NCBI RefSeq assembly: GCF_006345805.1
Contig: NC_043009.1
Location: 49,228,001-49,292,000, forward strand
Source: Octopus sinensis
Lineage: Eukaryota
DNA length: 64,000 nucleotides
Direction: 5' to 3'
Below are positions 26,655 through 40,889 of this stretch, one piece after another; positions within the stretch are counted from its first letter, which is position 1, and every line of letters begins with the position of its first letter. The notes under the pieces were generated by a model. It had not been told where the DNA came from. It worked only from the letters and a program-made list of their open reading frames with translations, and ran no database searches. The translations under genes were made by a program, and so were the position numbers.

Positions 26655-27230
26655 TAAGGACCCCCTTCGGTGATGAATGACCATGGGATTGCACCAAGAA
26701 AGTTACCCTCCGAGGAACAAATCCGAGCGAGGTTGTTTATGGAAGACCAGCAGTCACCCATGCATACCTATTTCTTTATTACCCACAAGGGGCTAAACAC
26801 AGAGGGGACAAACAAGGACAGACATAGGTATTAAGTCGATTACATCGACCCCAGTGCGTAACTGGTACTTAATTTATCGACCCCGAAAGGATGAAAGGCA
26901 AAGTCGACCTCGGCGGAATTTGAACTCACAACGTAACGCAGACGAAATACCGCTAAGCATTTCGCCCGGCGTGCTAACGTTTCTGCCAGCTCACCCATGC
27001 ATACCAGCCTCTCCTCTCCACGCCACCAGTGTTATCCAAGGGAAAGGCAAAGGGGCCGATACAGCTTGGCACCAGTGACGTATCAACTCATTTCTACAGC
27101 TGAGTGAACTGGAGCAACGTGAAATAAAGTGTCTTGCTGAAGAATACAACACGCAGCCCGGTCCGGGAATCGAACTCACGACCGCATGATCGTAAACCCG
27201 CCGCTCTAAACACTGAACCATGCGTCTTTT
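26655..27230 (-). mobile_element. SINE family D-type host with a nested SINE B (26769-26990) and 15-bp TSD
   Basis: TCACCCATGCATACC at 26754-26768 and 26991-27005 flanks a full SINE B copy. Confidence 0.88.
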
Positions 27231-27238
27231 TGTGTATT

Positions 27239-27403
27239 ATGTAGTCAAATATTATATCCTTGGTTATGGCATATAACTGGTCAGAAAGTTACCATCGGTT
27301 TCACATCTACTATCGCACCTCGCACTGTAGGCAACTCATCAGAGATGCTGCCCAGATCTGATCGGTTATATGCCATAACTAAAGATATGCAACTCGACTA
27401 CAT
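27239..27403. mobile_element. MITE with ~45-bp TIRs
   Basis: ATGTAGTC...GTTATGGCATATAAC.G.TCAGA on the left and its reverse complement on the right. Confidence 0.65.
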
Positions 27404-29862
27404 AAAATATCACGTGATCACATGATCGACTAGACTATACATCACTGGTCACAATGCGTTTTGCATCGTTTTAGCTTTCAAATGATGCCGCCTCGTAGCT
27501 AAGTGAGCAGGCCAACATTCCCCCTCATCCGAAGGCTAGCCTGCCACAAGATTATTCATTCACAACAGAGTGGACCAGAGCAACGGGAAATGAAGTTCTT
27601 GCTCAAAGACACAATGTGCAGTCAGTATGGGAATCGAAAGCGTGATCTCACGATCCTGACTGCAACGTGCGTAACCACTAGACTACGCGCCTTCACGCAT
27701 AAAGTATAACACTCAAAATTTCTTTTTAAAGTTTTTTTCTGACTTATAGACAACTGACTAGTGTGTGTGCGTGTGTGTGTTTGCGTGCGTGCCCGTGTGT
27801 GTGTGTGTGGTATGTATGTATGTATGTATGTATGTATGTATGTATGTATGTATGTATGTATGTATGTATGTATACATGTTCAGTCATTGCTATTTGTGGT
27901 TTATAGGTTTAATGTCTATTTTTTTGTCTCTGAAATAAACTGCTTAATTGCACGAAAGTCGAGATGTTCTCACACACTTAGCCAGATGTTTCCACCTAAC
28001 CAACCCACTAACATGAAACTAAATCCTGCATATACAGTTAAGGTGTTTTATTAAATTAATGACAGTCATGATTTTGGTGTGGTTTACAGTTTAAGTACTC
28101 TCCTACTATTCTTTTCCCCTTACCAATTTGTAATATAGACTGGAAGCTTTTTTACTGTACCACCAGCTTAACAAAGGTTTTTCAGGTTTTAAGTGTTCCC
28201 TCTACACTGTGTGAGCATTTTGAATTTTTTTCAGAGTTACTGCTTTCTTTGATAAGTTGCCTTCACTGCAGTCCCATGTAGAGTTTCATGTGAACTGCAA
28301 TGCTGTTAAAGGTTTTCAGTGTATCCTGCATAAAATTGCCATCGTAGATCCCTCTATGTAGAGACTGGCAGATGGGAATGATTGGTGGAGATGGGAATGT
28401 GAAAAGAAAAAAAAGAACGAGACATGCAAGAGAGAGGGCATACAAGAGATGACAGAGAGATAGAATGTGTTTATCACAGGCAGGGAGAAGGGGAATGAGA
28501 TGAGATGAGGGGGGAAAAGGTGAGTCACATAAGAGCGAAGTTAGAGAGGTATATAGGTAGAAGAGAAGGATTATTTAAAGATAGCTTGAGAATGAGATTC
28601 ACCTATGGTGTATAAGAGGATGAGTTCAGCTAATAATACATCTACTGGGGCTCTAAGAATAAACAAGGGGCCTACTACTATCTGCTGCACCCAATACCTA
28701 AAAATCTGCACTGTCTCTTTTAATTCTAAAGGGAAAAACCTTTCCCAGAAGAGTTATGTTCAGCCTAGCTAAATTTCTCGAGGGTCACTATAGTACTATG
28801 TAAATTAGTAGCCAGAAGAGCGTATTATGATAAACTTTATGTAAATTGATGGTTTGCCTGATGCACTTAAAAGAGCACAGGTACCATTTTTGCTCTAGGC
28901 CAAATATTTGCATATATCCTAATTACATATTAGCAGTGGTTGTTCATAAATAAAACAGTAAAATAGCAATAATGTTTAGGTTTCATCAGATTCATGTTTT
29001 GTTTTCAGAGCCAAACAATAACTCAAAATGGCAGGCTGTTGCTTTGTTAAGAACATGCAAGTAAATAACACCATGAAAGAAAGCACATGCACACACATAT
29101 ATACACACACATATAATGTGTGTGTGTGTGTGTGTGTGTGCTTGTGTGTGCTTGTGTGTGCGTGTGTGTGCTTTTGTGTGCGTGTGTGTGTGTATGTGTG
29201 CACGTGTACACTTATGTGCGTGTGTGCGTTTATGTGCGTGTGCGTGTGTGCTTTTGTGTGAGTGTGTGTGTATGTGTGCACGTGTACATTTGTGGGTGTA
29301 TATGTACGTTTATGTGTGTGTGCATGCATGTGTGCTGCGTGCGTGCGTGTGTTTGTGTATGTGTGAGTATATGTGTGCACGTGTACACTTATGTGCATGT
29401 GTACGCTTATGTGTGTGTGCATGTGTACGCTTATGTGTGTGTGCGTGCGTGTTTGTGTATGTGTGAGTATATGTTTGCACGTATACTTTTGTGTCTGTGT
29501 GTATGTGTGCACGTGCACGTTTGTGTATGTATGTGTATGTGTACATGTATATGTATATGTGTGTATGTGTGTGTGATCATATTGATGTTTACAGTCCAAA
29601 AATGTGTAGTATAGGTTAGTGGCTATTTTATGTCCTGCAACTTAGAGGTTCGTCAAGCAGGTAAGGAAAACATAATAACAGTCTGAAAATTTATAAACAT
29701 GTTTGATAAAATCACAGAGATGCATGGACGTCAGTTCAATAATTGAAAACGGTAATAGAGCAGAAGAAAAAATTACACACACACACAACCATGCATGTAT
29801 AATCCACGTATGCATATGCGTGTGTGTGTGTACACACACACACACACCACACACACGCACAC

Positions 29863-29912
<50 letters not shown>

Positions 29913-30085
29913 GTTGTATACTGTCATCTAACAAGAACGTGATAGTAGGGGGTACACCACCGCTGTATAACCTAGGAAGCATCGAACGCCTCCTGATAGC
30001 TTTGACACATTTTTTCCCTGTGTCCTTATATACATATACGATGGGGAGACAATATAAAATAATATGTACAATTACTCAATAGTCA

Positions 30086-30148
30086 AGATAAAACTCTGAG
30101 TTTCAGATGCCGAAGTGGAAATCCACAACACCATCTCTTCGGTTATCT
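30086..30148 (-). ncRNA. Type I hammerhead-like fold, CCGAAGA core variant
   Basis: Minus strand: AGATAA-CCGAAGA-GATG..GTGG-ATTT-CCAC..CATC-T-GAAAC-TC-A-GAGT-T-TTATCT. Perfect 6-bp stem I; stem III ACTC/GAGT. Confidence 0.65.
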
Positions 30149-30829
30149 GGCCATCTGAAAAAACGCTATGAAAAAATACCGTTATATAAAAGGAAATTAC
30201 TGTGATATAATTCTGCTACTTATATAAAATAAGATTAAAATTTCATAGTAAAACACGTAAACATGGCTAGTCATACGCTCACATGCGCCCTCGCGGACCC
30301 ACGTGCGTACTTATACGTCACTATGAAAACGTACACATCTTCACTCGCATTTTTCGCCAAATATATACGCATATATATACAAACTCATACACACACACAT
30401 GCGTACCGTAAAAGTTCATACATACGTCTATATACGCACAAGCACAAGAAAAACCATGGTTAAAGGTAACAGAAAAAAACACAAGGAAGTATACAAAGCA
30501 TAAAAACCACGTTCATATACGGACATGCCCTTATGCACTCATACACACACACGCCCATATATGTACATACCCGCACATGTTTACATACGCATACATACAC
30601 ACGCATATACGAAAAATGAATATATATGTATGTAATATAATTTTTCTGAGTCTTCAGATTTTAATATGCTAGACTACTGGTTTTAAATTTATATTAATCA
30701 AATTAATATTCAATTTTTCACCCTAATTATTTTAAATTTAGATATATATATGTCAACATCAACATCAAAATAAAAATCAAATGGAAATTATGGTTATGAT
30801 ACCCGTGCCGCTCGCACGTAAATAGCATC

Positions 30830-31120
30830 ATCCGAACGTGGCCGATGCCAGCGCCGCCTGACTGGCATCCGTGTCGGTGACACATAAAAAGCACCAACCG
30901 ATCGTGGCCATTTGCTAGCCTCCCCTGGCCCCTGTGCTGGTGGCACGTAAAAAGACCCCACTACACTCACAGAGTGGTTGGCGTTAGGAAGGGCATCCAG
31001 CTGTAGAAACCTGCCAGATCAGACTGGAGCCTGGCACAGCCTCCTGGCTTCCCAGACCCCGGTCGAACAGTCCAACTGATGTTAACATGGAAAACGGACG
31101 TTAAACAATGATGACGATGA
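30830..31120 (+). mobile_element. SINE family C 3' part ((ATG)n tail)
   Basis: GGTTGGCGTTAGGAAGGGCATCCAGCTGTAGAAAC ... GGACGTTAAACAATGATGA. Confidence 0.8.
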
Positions 31121-31160
31121 TGTATATATGTGTGTGTGTGTATGTACATATGTAATATAT

Positions 31161-31221
<61 letters not shown>

Positions 31222-31409
31222 ATATATATATATATATTATTATAAATATATATGTATACACAAGTGTATATACATATATATTGTGTGTGCAAACACACAT
31301 GCATGCAGGGCACAACATAACAACAGTCATCTACACCTCATCCATGACCATTAAAATCATTATCATCAACATCGAGATAAATGATCGTTGTCGACATCAT
31401 CATTATCAT

Positions 31410-31442
<33 letters not shown>

Positions 31443-31964
31443 TAGCAACAACAGCAGTGCAATCACCATTATTGCCATCATCATCATCAGCAGCATCATC
31501 ATCACCATTACAAATACAAACACTGCTGTACCCACCAACCACCACCTCCACCACCACCACCAACAACAACAACACAACAACCACCACCTCCACCACCACC
31601 ACCACCACCACCACCACCACCACCACCTCCACCATCGTCCTCATCATTATATCATAACTATTATCTCACTTTTTTCACCCATCAGCCCTTCTGTGTTATA
31701 GCTAATGACATTGTTATTGTGGCTCAATGTTTAAACAGAATTGTTGTGTATTATTGCTGACGTTGTCGTTGCTGCTGTTGTTGCTGACGCTGCTGTTGTT
31801 GTTGTTGTTACTGTTGTTGTACCATTTCTAGTGATGTACGAAGCATTTACAGTTCGGAAACAAAAGCTATGTTCTGATTGTGGGCGGGAAACAGGAAAGC
31901 ATTCGACAGATTCCCACTTGCCAAACCAGTATTGCAGGCGCCCTGGGTATACTGTGTGTACATA

Positions 31965-32050
<86 letters not shown>

Positions 32051-32234
32051 GTATGCAAGTGTATGTGTGTATGTGGTGTGTGTATATATATGTGTATACA
32101 TTCAACTCCTGCATAAAAGTATATATGGTGCGTGTAGCCACACATCTGTATGCTTATGACCATATATATATTGATGACCTAAGCAATATCCTTGTCTATT
32201 GATTTGATTTTTGTGTGTGTATGTGCATGTGTGA

Positions 32235-32275
<41 letters not shown>

Positions 32276-33132
32276 CCACACACACTCACATATAAGTATA
32301 TGTATATATGTATATATACACATATATATTTATAGATTTAGATGCACACATGCATGCATATATATATGCATGGAGTGTGTATATGCATACATATATATAT
32401 GGAGAGTGTGTATGTGTGTGTGGCATGGTAAGGTATGGTATATATATGTGTATACCTTTGAGTTTATTTACCATTTTATTCAGGTCAAGGATAGAGAAGT
32501 ATTGAACTGTACTGTTTTAATGATCCGAATCAATGTTTACAACCTATATCTTTTATCATTGACTATCACTGACCATACACACACGCAGAGCCATTATGGA
32601 CTATCTATATACTATCACTAGGCTCTATATAGACAAGACTATCATAAATTATACACACAGCAGTCATGGATAATATCTATCTATCTATCGATCTATCTAT
32701 CTACCTACCCATTTATCTATCTATCTATCTACCTATCTACCCATCTTTCACTATCTATCAATCTATCCATCTCTCTATCTACTTACCTATATCTCTATCT
32801 ATCTACCAACCCATCTATCTATCTATCTACCTACCTACCTATCTATCTACCTACCTATCTACCTATCTATCTATCTACCTACCAACCCATCTATCTATCT
32901 ATCTACCCATCTATCTATCTATCTACCTACCCACCTACCTACCTACCTATCTATCTATCTGTCTGTCTGCCGATCTATCTATCTAGCTAGCTATATATAT
33001 ATATATATATACCTGATTTGCTGTCAATGTTGATTTCATTAACATTCATCTTTATACAACATCACCATCATCATCACCATCATCATCATTACCATCATTA
33101 TTTCACGTCCATTCTCCATCCTTGCATGGGTT

Positions 33133-33553
33133 AGACAGTTTAATGGGAGCTGGTGTCTCAGGCCCCAATGTCTGCTTTGGCATGGGTCCTAGGGTTGGAA
33201 GCCCTTCGTAATTTTTGTATGTTCCAGTAGCATTCATGACTGACCAAGTACATAGAGAATATTTAAACATAAACAAATATTTCTTCAAAATAGTTTTTAT
33301 ACCTGAGTCATAAGAAAGGCACCTTTCACCATCTTTTGGACAGTTCAATGGGAGCTAGTGTCTCGGGCCCCAATGTCTGCTTTGGCACGGGTCCTAGGGT
33401 TGGATGCCCTTCGTAATGTTTTATACATGTTGCATGTTCCAGTAGCATTCATGACTGACCAAGTACATAGAGAATATTTAAACATAAACAAATATTTCTT
33501 CAAAATAGTTTTTATACCTGAATCAGAAGAAAGACATCCTTCATCATCTTTTG
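33133..33553. repeat. Tandem duplication of a ~205-215 bp unit (x2)
   Basis: Units start GACAGTT(T/C)AATGGGAGC at 33133 and ~33338 and end ATCTTTTGG. Confidence 0.9.
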
Positions 33554-33718
33554 GAAGATCGTGGACAGAGTGATACAAAAAAAAATAGTAAAGTTACTTT
33601 CTTGAGTTATCCTGGCTCATGAGGGCCAGTTTCCTGGCTTCATGGCATAAACATTCCCCACCTGGATGGGATGGCAGTCCATTGCAAGATTACTCATTTT
33701 TGAGTAATCCTCATATAC

Positions 33719-33765
<47 letters not shown>

Positions 33766-33985
33766 TGTGTCTGTGTTTATCCGCCCACCATTGCTTTACA
33801 ACTGATGCTGGTGTGTTTCCATCCCTGTAACTTAGCAGTTCGGCAAAAGAGACCGACAGAATAAGTACTAGGCTTACAAAGAATAAAGTCTTGGGGTCGA
33901 TTTGTTTGACTAAAAAGGTGGTGCTCCAGCACGGCCACAGTCAAACGACTGAAACAAGTAAAAGAATAAAAGAATAAAAGAATAC

Positions 33986-34048
<63 letters not shown>

Positions 34049-35232
34049 TGTATATAAAGAGAGAGAAAAATGAGATAAAGAAAGAGAGAGGGAGAGAGAA
34101 CAGAGAGTATATACACAAAACACATCATTGGTATTGTTCACTCCAGCTTTTGTTAGTATGTTGCTGCTATGCTTTCCCAAAGAAACATTTACTGCCTCCA
34201 CCACCACCACCACCACCATCACCACCACCATCACCACCATCTCCACCACCATCACCACCACTACAATCACCTCTGTGCAATAACATTAGTCCACTATGTT
34301 GCTTGTCCTCTAATTGATTGACCGAAATTTTCAAGTTCTGCTTACTTTGACGAATATTAACAGAATGAAAACACTTTTATTAGTATTTCATTGTATGTAT
34401 GTATGTTTGTATGAATATATATGTATGTAAGTGCATGTGTATGTATGTGTATGTATACGTGTATATGTGTGTGTGTATATGTATATAAATATGCATGTGT
34501 GTGTATATATATATTATATATATATATATATGTTTATGTATATATGTATATGTGTGTGTGTGTGTTTGTGTGTAGGTAGGTAAGTATTTATGTTTGTGTG
34601 TATGTGTTTGTGTGATATATGTATACACATACATATACATATAGCTACATATAGCTACACATCTATATATAAATATATCATCATTATAAGCATTATCATT
34701 ATCATCATCGTCATTGTCGTCGTCGTTGTTGTCGTCATCATCATCATTCATCAGTCAATGTCTATGTGCATGGCTTAGACAGAATTTGTTGAGGTAGGTT
34801 CTCTACAGGTGGATGCCCTTCCTGTCTACAACCCTCCCCTGTTTCCAGGTAAGGTAATATTTTCTCGTAGCCCATTCATGTTTTTTCACAGGAGACTGGA
34901 AACAAATAACCTTGTTTGTATGTCAATGATATTGACTTACAATCATCAAATGTCATCGAGACAAGCCTGTACACAAACACACACACATACAACACATACA
35001 TACATACGTACATACATACATACATACATACATGCATGCATGCAGCATACATACTCATACATGCATACGTACATACCGACTACATGCATATGTACGTACA
35101 TACATAATACATACATACATACATGCATACATACATACATGCATACATACTTCATTCTACATACATGCATACATACATACATACATACATACATACACTC
35201 ACACACACATACATACTACACACACACATACA

Positions 35233-35266
<34 letters not shown>

Positions 35267-35388
35267 CATACATAATACATACACACATACATACATACAT
35301 CATACATGCAGACATACATACATAATACATAATACATATATACATACATACATACACACACACATACATACATACATACATACATAAA

Positions 35389-35422
<34 letters not shown>

Positions 35423-35424
35423 CA

Positions 35425-35456
<32 letters not shown>

Positions 35457-35639
35457 ACATCATACATACACACATACATACATACATACATGCATCACAT
35501 ACATACATACTACATACATACATACATACATACATACATACATACATACATACATACATACATACATACATACATACAACATACAATCATACATATATAT
35601 ATATTAAATTAAATAATGAGGTTAGAAATTGATATTAAT

Positions 35640-35835
35640 CATCATCGTCGTTTAACGTCCGCTTTCCATGCTAGCATGGGTTGGACGATTTGACTGAGGT
35701 CTGGCGAACCAGATGGCTGCACCAGACTCCAATCTGATTTGGCAGAGTTTCTACAGCTGGATGCCCTTCCTAACGCCAACCACTCCGAGAATGTAGTGGG
35801 TGCTTTCACGTGCCACCTGTACGAGGTCCAGTCAG
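35640..35835 (-). mobile_element. SINE family C 3' part
   Basis: CATCGTCGTTTAACGTCCGCTTTCCATGCTAGC ... CTGGATGCCCTTCCTAACGCCAACC. Confidence 0.85.
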
Positions 35836-35884
35836 GCTTAAACCAATCGTCTAGCATATTTTAAAAATCCGAAGATTTAAAAAT

Positions 35885-36165
35885 TATATTACAATTAATT
35901 AGAGGAATGACCACTGTAGTGGATTCCTAATATGCTAGAGATAGACGTCAAAAGGCCTTACCACGAAGAGTGTGTTCTCAAGAAAACTTTCAGCAAAAAC
36001 GTCAGAATGTAAAAATGAGCAAGACAAATGAAAATATACAAAATAAAACGATTACCTACGTATTATGATTTTTTTCTTGAGAACATATTCTTCGTGGTAA
36101 GGCGATTTGATGTCTATCTTTATCATATAGGAATCCACTTTAGTGGTCATTCCTCTTTTAATTGT

Positions 36166-36172
<7 letters not shown>
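35885..36172. mobile_element. MITE/foldback element with ~100-bp inverted arms
   Basis: TTACAATT..AGAGGAATGACCACT..AGTGGATTCCTA...CCTTACCACGAAGA..GTTCTCAAGAAAA is mirrored at 36070-36172. Confidence 0.8.
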
Positions 36173-36209
<37 letters not shown>

Positions 36210-36513
36210 CATGTGTATGTGTATGCATATTGTTGTTGTTTGTTCTTTCTTGAGCCATGCCAGGCACATAAGGGCCGGTTTCTCAGTTTCATTGGTTTAT
36301 AAGTTCTCCACCTGGATGGGACACCGGTCCGTCGCAGGTGAGCTGCTAGATATGGGAGGAAAGAGCGAGAGAATATTTATATTCAATTAGAGGTTAGAAT
36401 AGCCTCGTTAAGGGATAGTAATATCCAATGAATTACTGGTTCATTGCCTATTATTTTTCTGTGAATAATAATGTTCATGAAATAATAGGTGTAAATATAA
36501 ATCTTGCAGCTTG

Positions 36514-36600
36514 AATATAATTTATTATCTGCAAAAATCCAACATATTCCCTTACAGCAGTAAGGGAATATGTTGGATTTTGCAGATAATAAATTATATT
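36514..36600. repeat. Near-perfect 40-bp stem hairpin
   Basis: AATATAATTTATTATCTGCAAAAATCCAACATATTCCCTTA-CAGCAG-TAAGGGAATATGTTGGATTTTGCAGATAATAAATTATATT, with one bulge. Confidence 0.9.
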
Positions 36601-36766
36601 TATGGTGCATCTCCATTTTCTAAATTTTGTTTATATATATTATATATATTATATATATATATGAGCTGAAACTAGAATCAATCAATCATATCTTATATAT
36701 ATATATATATATAACATATATATATATAACATATTATATATTATACATATTATATTATACATATAT

Positions 36767-36800
<34 letters not shown>

Positions 36801-36852
36801 ATATTTATATGTATATGTATGTATCTATATGTATATGTGTATATATGTATGT

Positions 36853-36904
<52 letters not shown>

Positions 36905-38589
36905 CATAATATATATATATATGACCATCACTATCATCATCAACATCATGTAAAATCTATTTTCTATGCTGGCATGAGTTGGACAGGTTGCAGAGTGGCT
37001 TGCAAGTCAAAGACATCTCAGCTGAGAGAGGGAGAGGAACGGAAGAACTGGCTGTGTGCCAGATGAGAGGCTGGAGTATAATAGAGGGTCAGAGATGGCT
37101 ATCTTACTACAAGGAGGTACTTCGCTACCCTAGTAGGAGAAGGAAACAGTGGAATGTGTGAGATGGAAGGGAGGGAAAGAGAGAGATAGAGTAGGGCAGA
37201 GACACTCAGAGTGAGAGAGGGAGAGCCTACACCAGGGAAGATTGAGAACGGGAGAGTAAGTAACATAGAGGAGATGGAGGATATATTTAGTGATAGCAAG
37301 TGATGTTAAGAAAAAACTGGAGGTGTCTGCTTCAAAGTCACACAGATATGAACTGGGGAAGTTGATGTGTAACGGGTGTGGCTGAAGTGTTGGCCAGCAC
37401 TGGCAGCCAGAACAACAGCCTAAGCAGCAATGTCACATCTACTGATAACAGCAGCAATGGTGGTGGCAGCAGCAATGTGTCAAGTAGCAGAAACAACGAT
37501 ACCAACAGTTGCAATGGTAGCAGCAACACCAACATCGCAGCCGGATATGGCTGCTACGTGGGCAACAACGGAACCACCAAGATTATGGTGCAAGCTTTGA
37601 TTGGCAGAGAGAGCAAGAAGCCTAAATAACTCGCCTGCCTTGCGAACCTTTCTAAACTCCAGGAAAGAAGTAGTTGTCAATGCCCACATCTAAAACGTTT
37701 CCTACTACAAGCTTGGCATTCCCCATTCATTGAATAGATCTGAGCAGCATCGAACTACTGACGACACACACACACACACACACAAAAACACATAATATAG
37801 ATATATATATATAATATATATATATATAATATATATATTTGTGTATGATATTATATATATAATATATAGTATATATATTTGTATGAATGTTTTTATATAT
37901 CTATATGTATCAGATTGAGGTCACCTCCATGTTCCATGGGCAAGGACTTTTGTCCCTTCATATGAAGCTGACATATCCTACATGCCCATGAAATTTCAAG
38001 TAATGAGGAGCTGAGTCAAAATACTACAATTAAATACATGTAACAGCAACCAAATGTGCTGGGGTTAGAACTACTTCCTTTCATTTGTCTCTCACTCACA
38101 CCTACACACACACGTACGCCCCCCCACTCTCACATTATATATATATATGCATATAGATATATATATATATATATATATATATCGATATATATGTATAGTA
38201 TATATATATATATATATATATATATGCATATATATATATATAATGCATATTATATATATGCATATATATATATATGCATTTTATATATATATATATATAT
38301 GCCTATATATATATGTATATATATTATATATTATATATATATGCATATATTATATAGCATATATATATATATATATGCGCATATATATATTATATATATA
38401 TATATAATATATATATATATATATGCATATATAATGCATATATATATATATATATAATATAATATATATTATATAATATATAATATATATGCATATATAT
38501 ATGCATATATATATATATATGCACACATGCAGAAATGAGATGTATCTGTCTTGTTTTCACAACAGTATTATAATAATGGAACTTAAGGA

Positions 38590-38700
38590 AGAGCAAACAG
38601 GTGTTTTCATGGACAGGTGTGCAGCTGAATAATTGATCAATCCAATATGTACTGCCACGCCCACAGATGGTGCAGTGGTGCAGTTTTTGCACTGACAATG
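38590..38700. promoter_or_regulatory. Putative cis-regulatory motif cluster
   Basis: CAGGTG x2, CAGCTG, CAGATG, TAATTG, CCAAT, GCCACGCCC and ACAATG within 110 bp. Motif content only. Confidence 0.3.
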
Positions 38701-38726
38701 TACATTTATATATTCTCTGTAAACTT

Positions 38727-38759
<33 letters not shown>

Positions 38760-38963
38760 GTCCCTGTCTCTGTCTGTCAGTCTCTCTCCCTCTGTCTCTC
38801 TCTCTCTCTCCATGACACACAGACGCCGTTATTCATTTTCATTTGCTTTTTCTCAATATTTTTCTTTCTTTCCTCCTTTCTCTGTTTGTGAGTAAGCTGT
38901 ATGCACATGTATGTGATTGTAATGTATGTGTGCAAATATATACATATACATATATATATGTGA

Positions 38964-39017
<54 letters not shown>

Positions 39018-39156
39018 TGAGAGAGAGAGGTGCATATGAATATACATACATATATACAGATATAGTGATATATAAATATATATAGAGAGAGGGAGAGAGA
39101 GACAGAAAGTGAAGTGTATGTATTTCTCTCTCTCTCTCTTTCACCCTGTCTTTCTT

Positions 39157-39241
<85 letters not shown>

Positions 39242-39345
39242 TGTTCCCAAATTAGTCACTCTCTTTTACTTTGTCCATCTTTCATGAGTTTTCTTTTTGT
39301 CTCTCTTCCACGTTTTTATAACCTTTCTATCTTTCTGTTTCTCTG

Positions 39346-39390
<45 letters not shown>

Positions 39391-40889
39391 GTCTCTTTCT
39401 GGGGGTTTTCTCTCTCCCTCTTTCTCCTTCATTCAGTCACAATACACACATACATAAACACAATAATTAGTCATACTCACACGGAAACACACACACACAC
39501 TCACATACACACACAAACACACACACACATAGTCACATAAACACACAGAAACACACACACATACTCACATAAATACACATATATATATTTACATATTCAC
39601 ACATTTAAACTTCCTCTTGCATATAACAAAAATATTTAACTATATTCGAATGAAGGCAAAGGTGTGTGAGTATACCTGCAGATCATTATTTGTGTATGCA
39701 TGGGTGTTTGTATTTGTGTGTGTGCATTTGTACCTAAGCATGTGTGTGTGTGTGTGTGTGTATTATACAGATATATGCTTATGGTGGTAGTGATGGTGCT
39801 ACTCATAGTGGTAGTGGTGGTAGTTACAGCTGTGGCGGCAGTGGTGGTGGTGTGGTAGAGGAGGTGGTGGTGTGGTAGAGGAGGTGGTGGTGTTGTAGAG
39901 GAGGTGGTGGTTGTGGTGGTGATGGTGGTGGTGTGATAGAGGAGGTGGTGGTAGTGGTGGTGATGGTGGTGGTGGTAGTGGTGATGGTGTTGGCGGTGTT
40001 GATGCTGGTGGTAGTGGTGGTGATGGCAGCAGCAATGTGGTGGTGGTGGTGATGATGGTGGTGGTGGTGTAGCGGTGATGGTGGTTGTGGTGGTAGTGGT
40101 GATGGTGGTGGTGGTGATGGTGATGGCGGCATGGTGGTGGTGGTGGTGGTGGCTGTAGGCTTTGCTTATTGGTGTTTTGACTATCCCTGGCCCGAAAGTC
40201 CTCCTGAACAGGTCGATCAACTGATTTTCAAAGTAGCCCAGGGTCTCCCCCAAGGCGTCTTCAGACATAATTTCCACTAAACCGCTATAAAGATCCGCGG
40301 TGGAGCTCCTATTGCCGGCATTGCCCGCCCAAGAGAGTAGCTGAAGTTCCTGATGACACTCCAATTACCAGTCCCCCAGCCTAGGTCGCTGCTTGATCCA
40401 GTTACCAATGTCCGTTAAGGACGTTAACTGTGGAAGGTAGAACCGGACGTGCGGTGACCACACCTGCTCCCCATCCAGGTAAAGCCAGAGGTGCCTCACC
40501 CTAACGTGAGTTTTCGCATCCTCAGGCAAGGCATCCCTAGCCCACCTTTTAGCGGTTCCTGGCAGCAGACAGGGCGCTTCACAAGTGGCTTTCCTCCTTT
40601 CCACAAAAAGCGGAACAGGATTCTCTCCAACTTGTTCAGCCACAAATCGAGGCAAGGCACCACGGTCAGGTGGTAGGTGATAACCGACGCTATGCACCAC
40701 CTCCGCCTTTCCTAGCAAGGACAACGCCCGCCCAGACCAGGTCTGAGTTAGAGCAGTCACCTTGCCAGCCACCTCACTCCAATTTTTCTCTATCTGGAGG
40801 TCTGGCCCAAACCAGACTCCAAGCAGCTTAACAGAACCTTCCGTCCAATGCTCCTCGACGTTATTGGACGCCATCTGCTTGCTCCTCCA

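Noticed and set aside
37378-37629. Ser/Asn-rich 83-aa ORF
   Set aside because: Degenerate CAG/CAA repeat sequence with no recognisable domain or splice sites.
39636-40364. 242-aa His/Thr/Pro-rich protein
   Set aside because: It is a Tx1 ORF2 remnant read into (CCA)n and (CA)n microsatellites.
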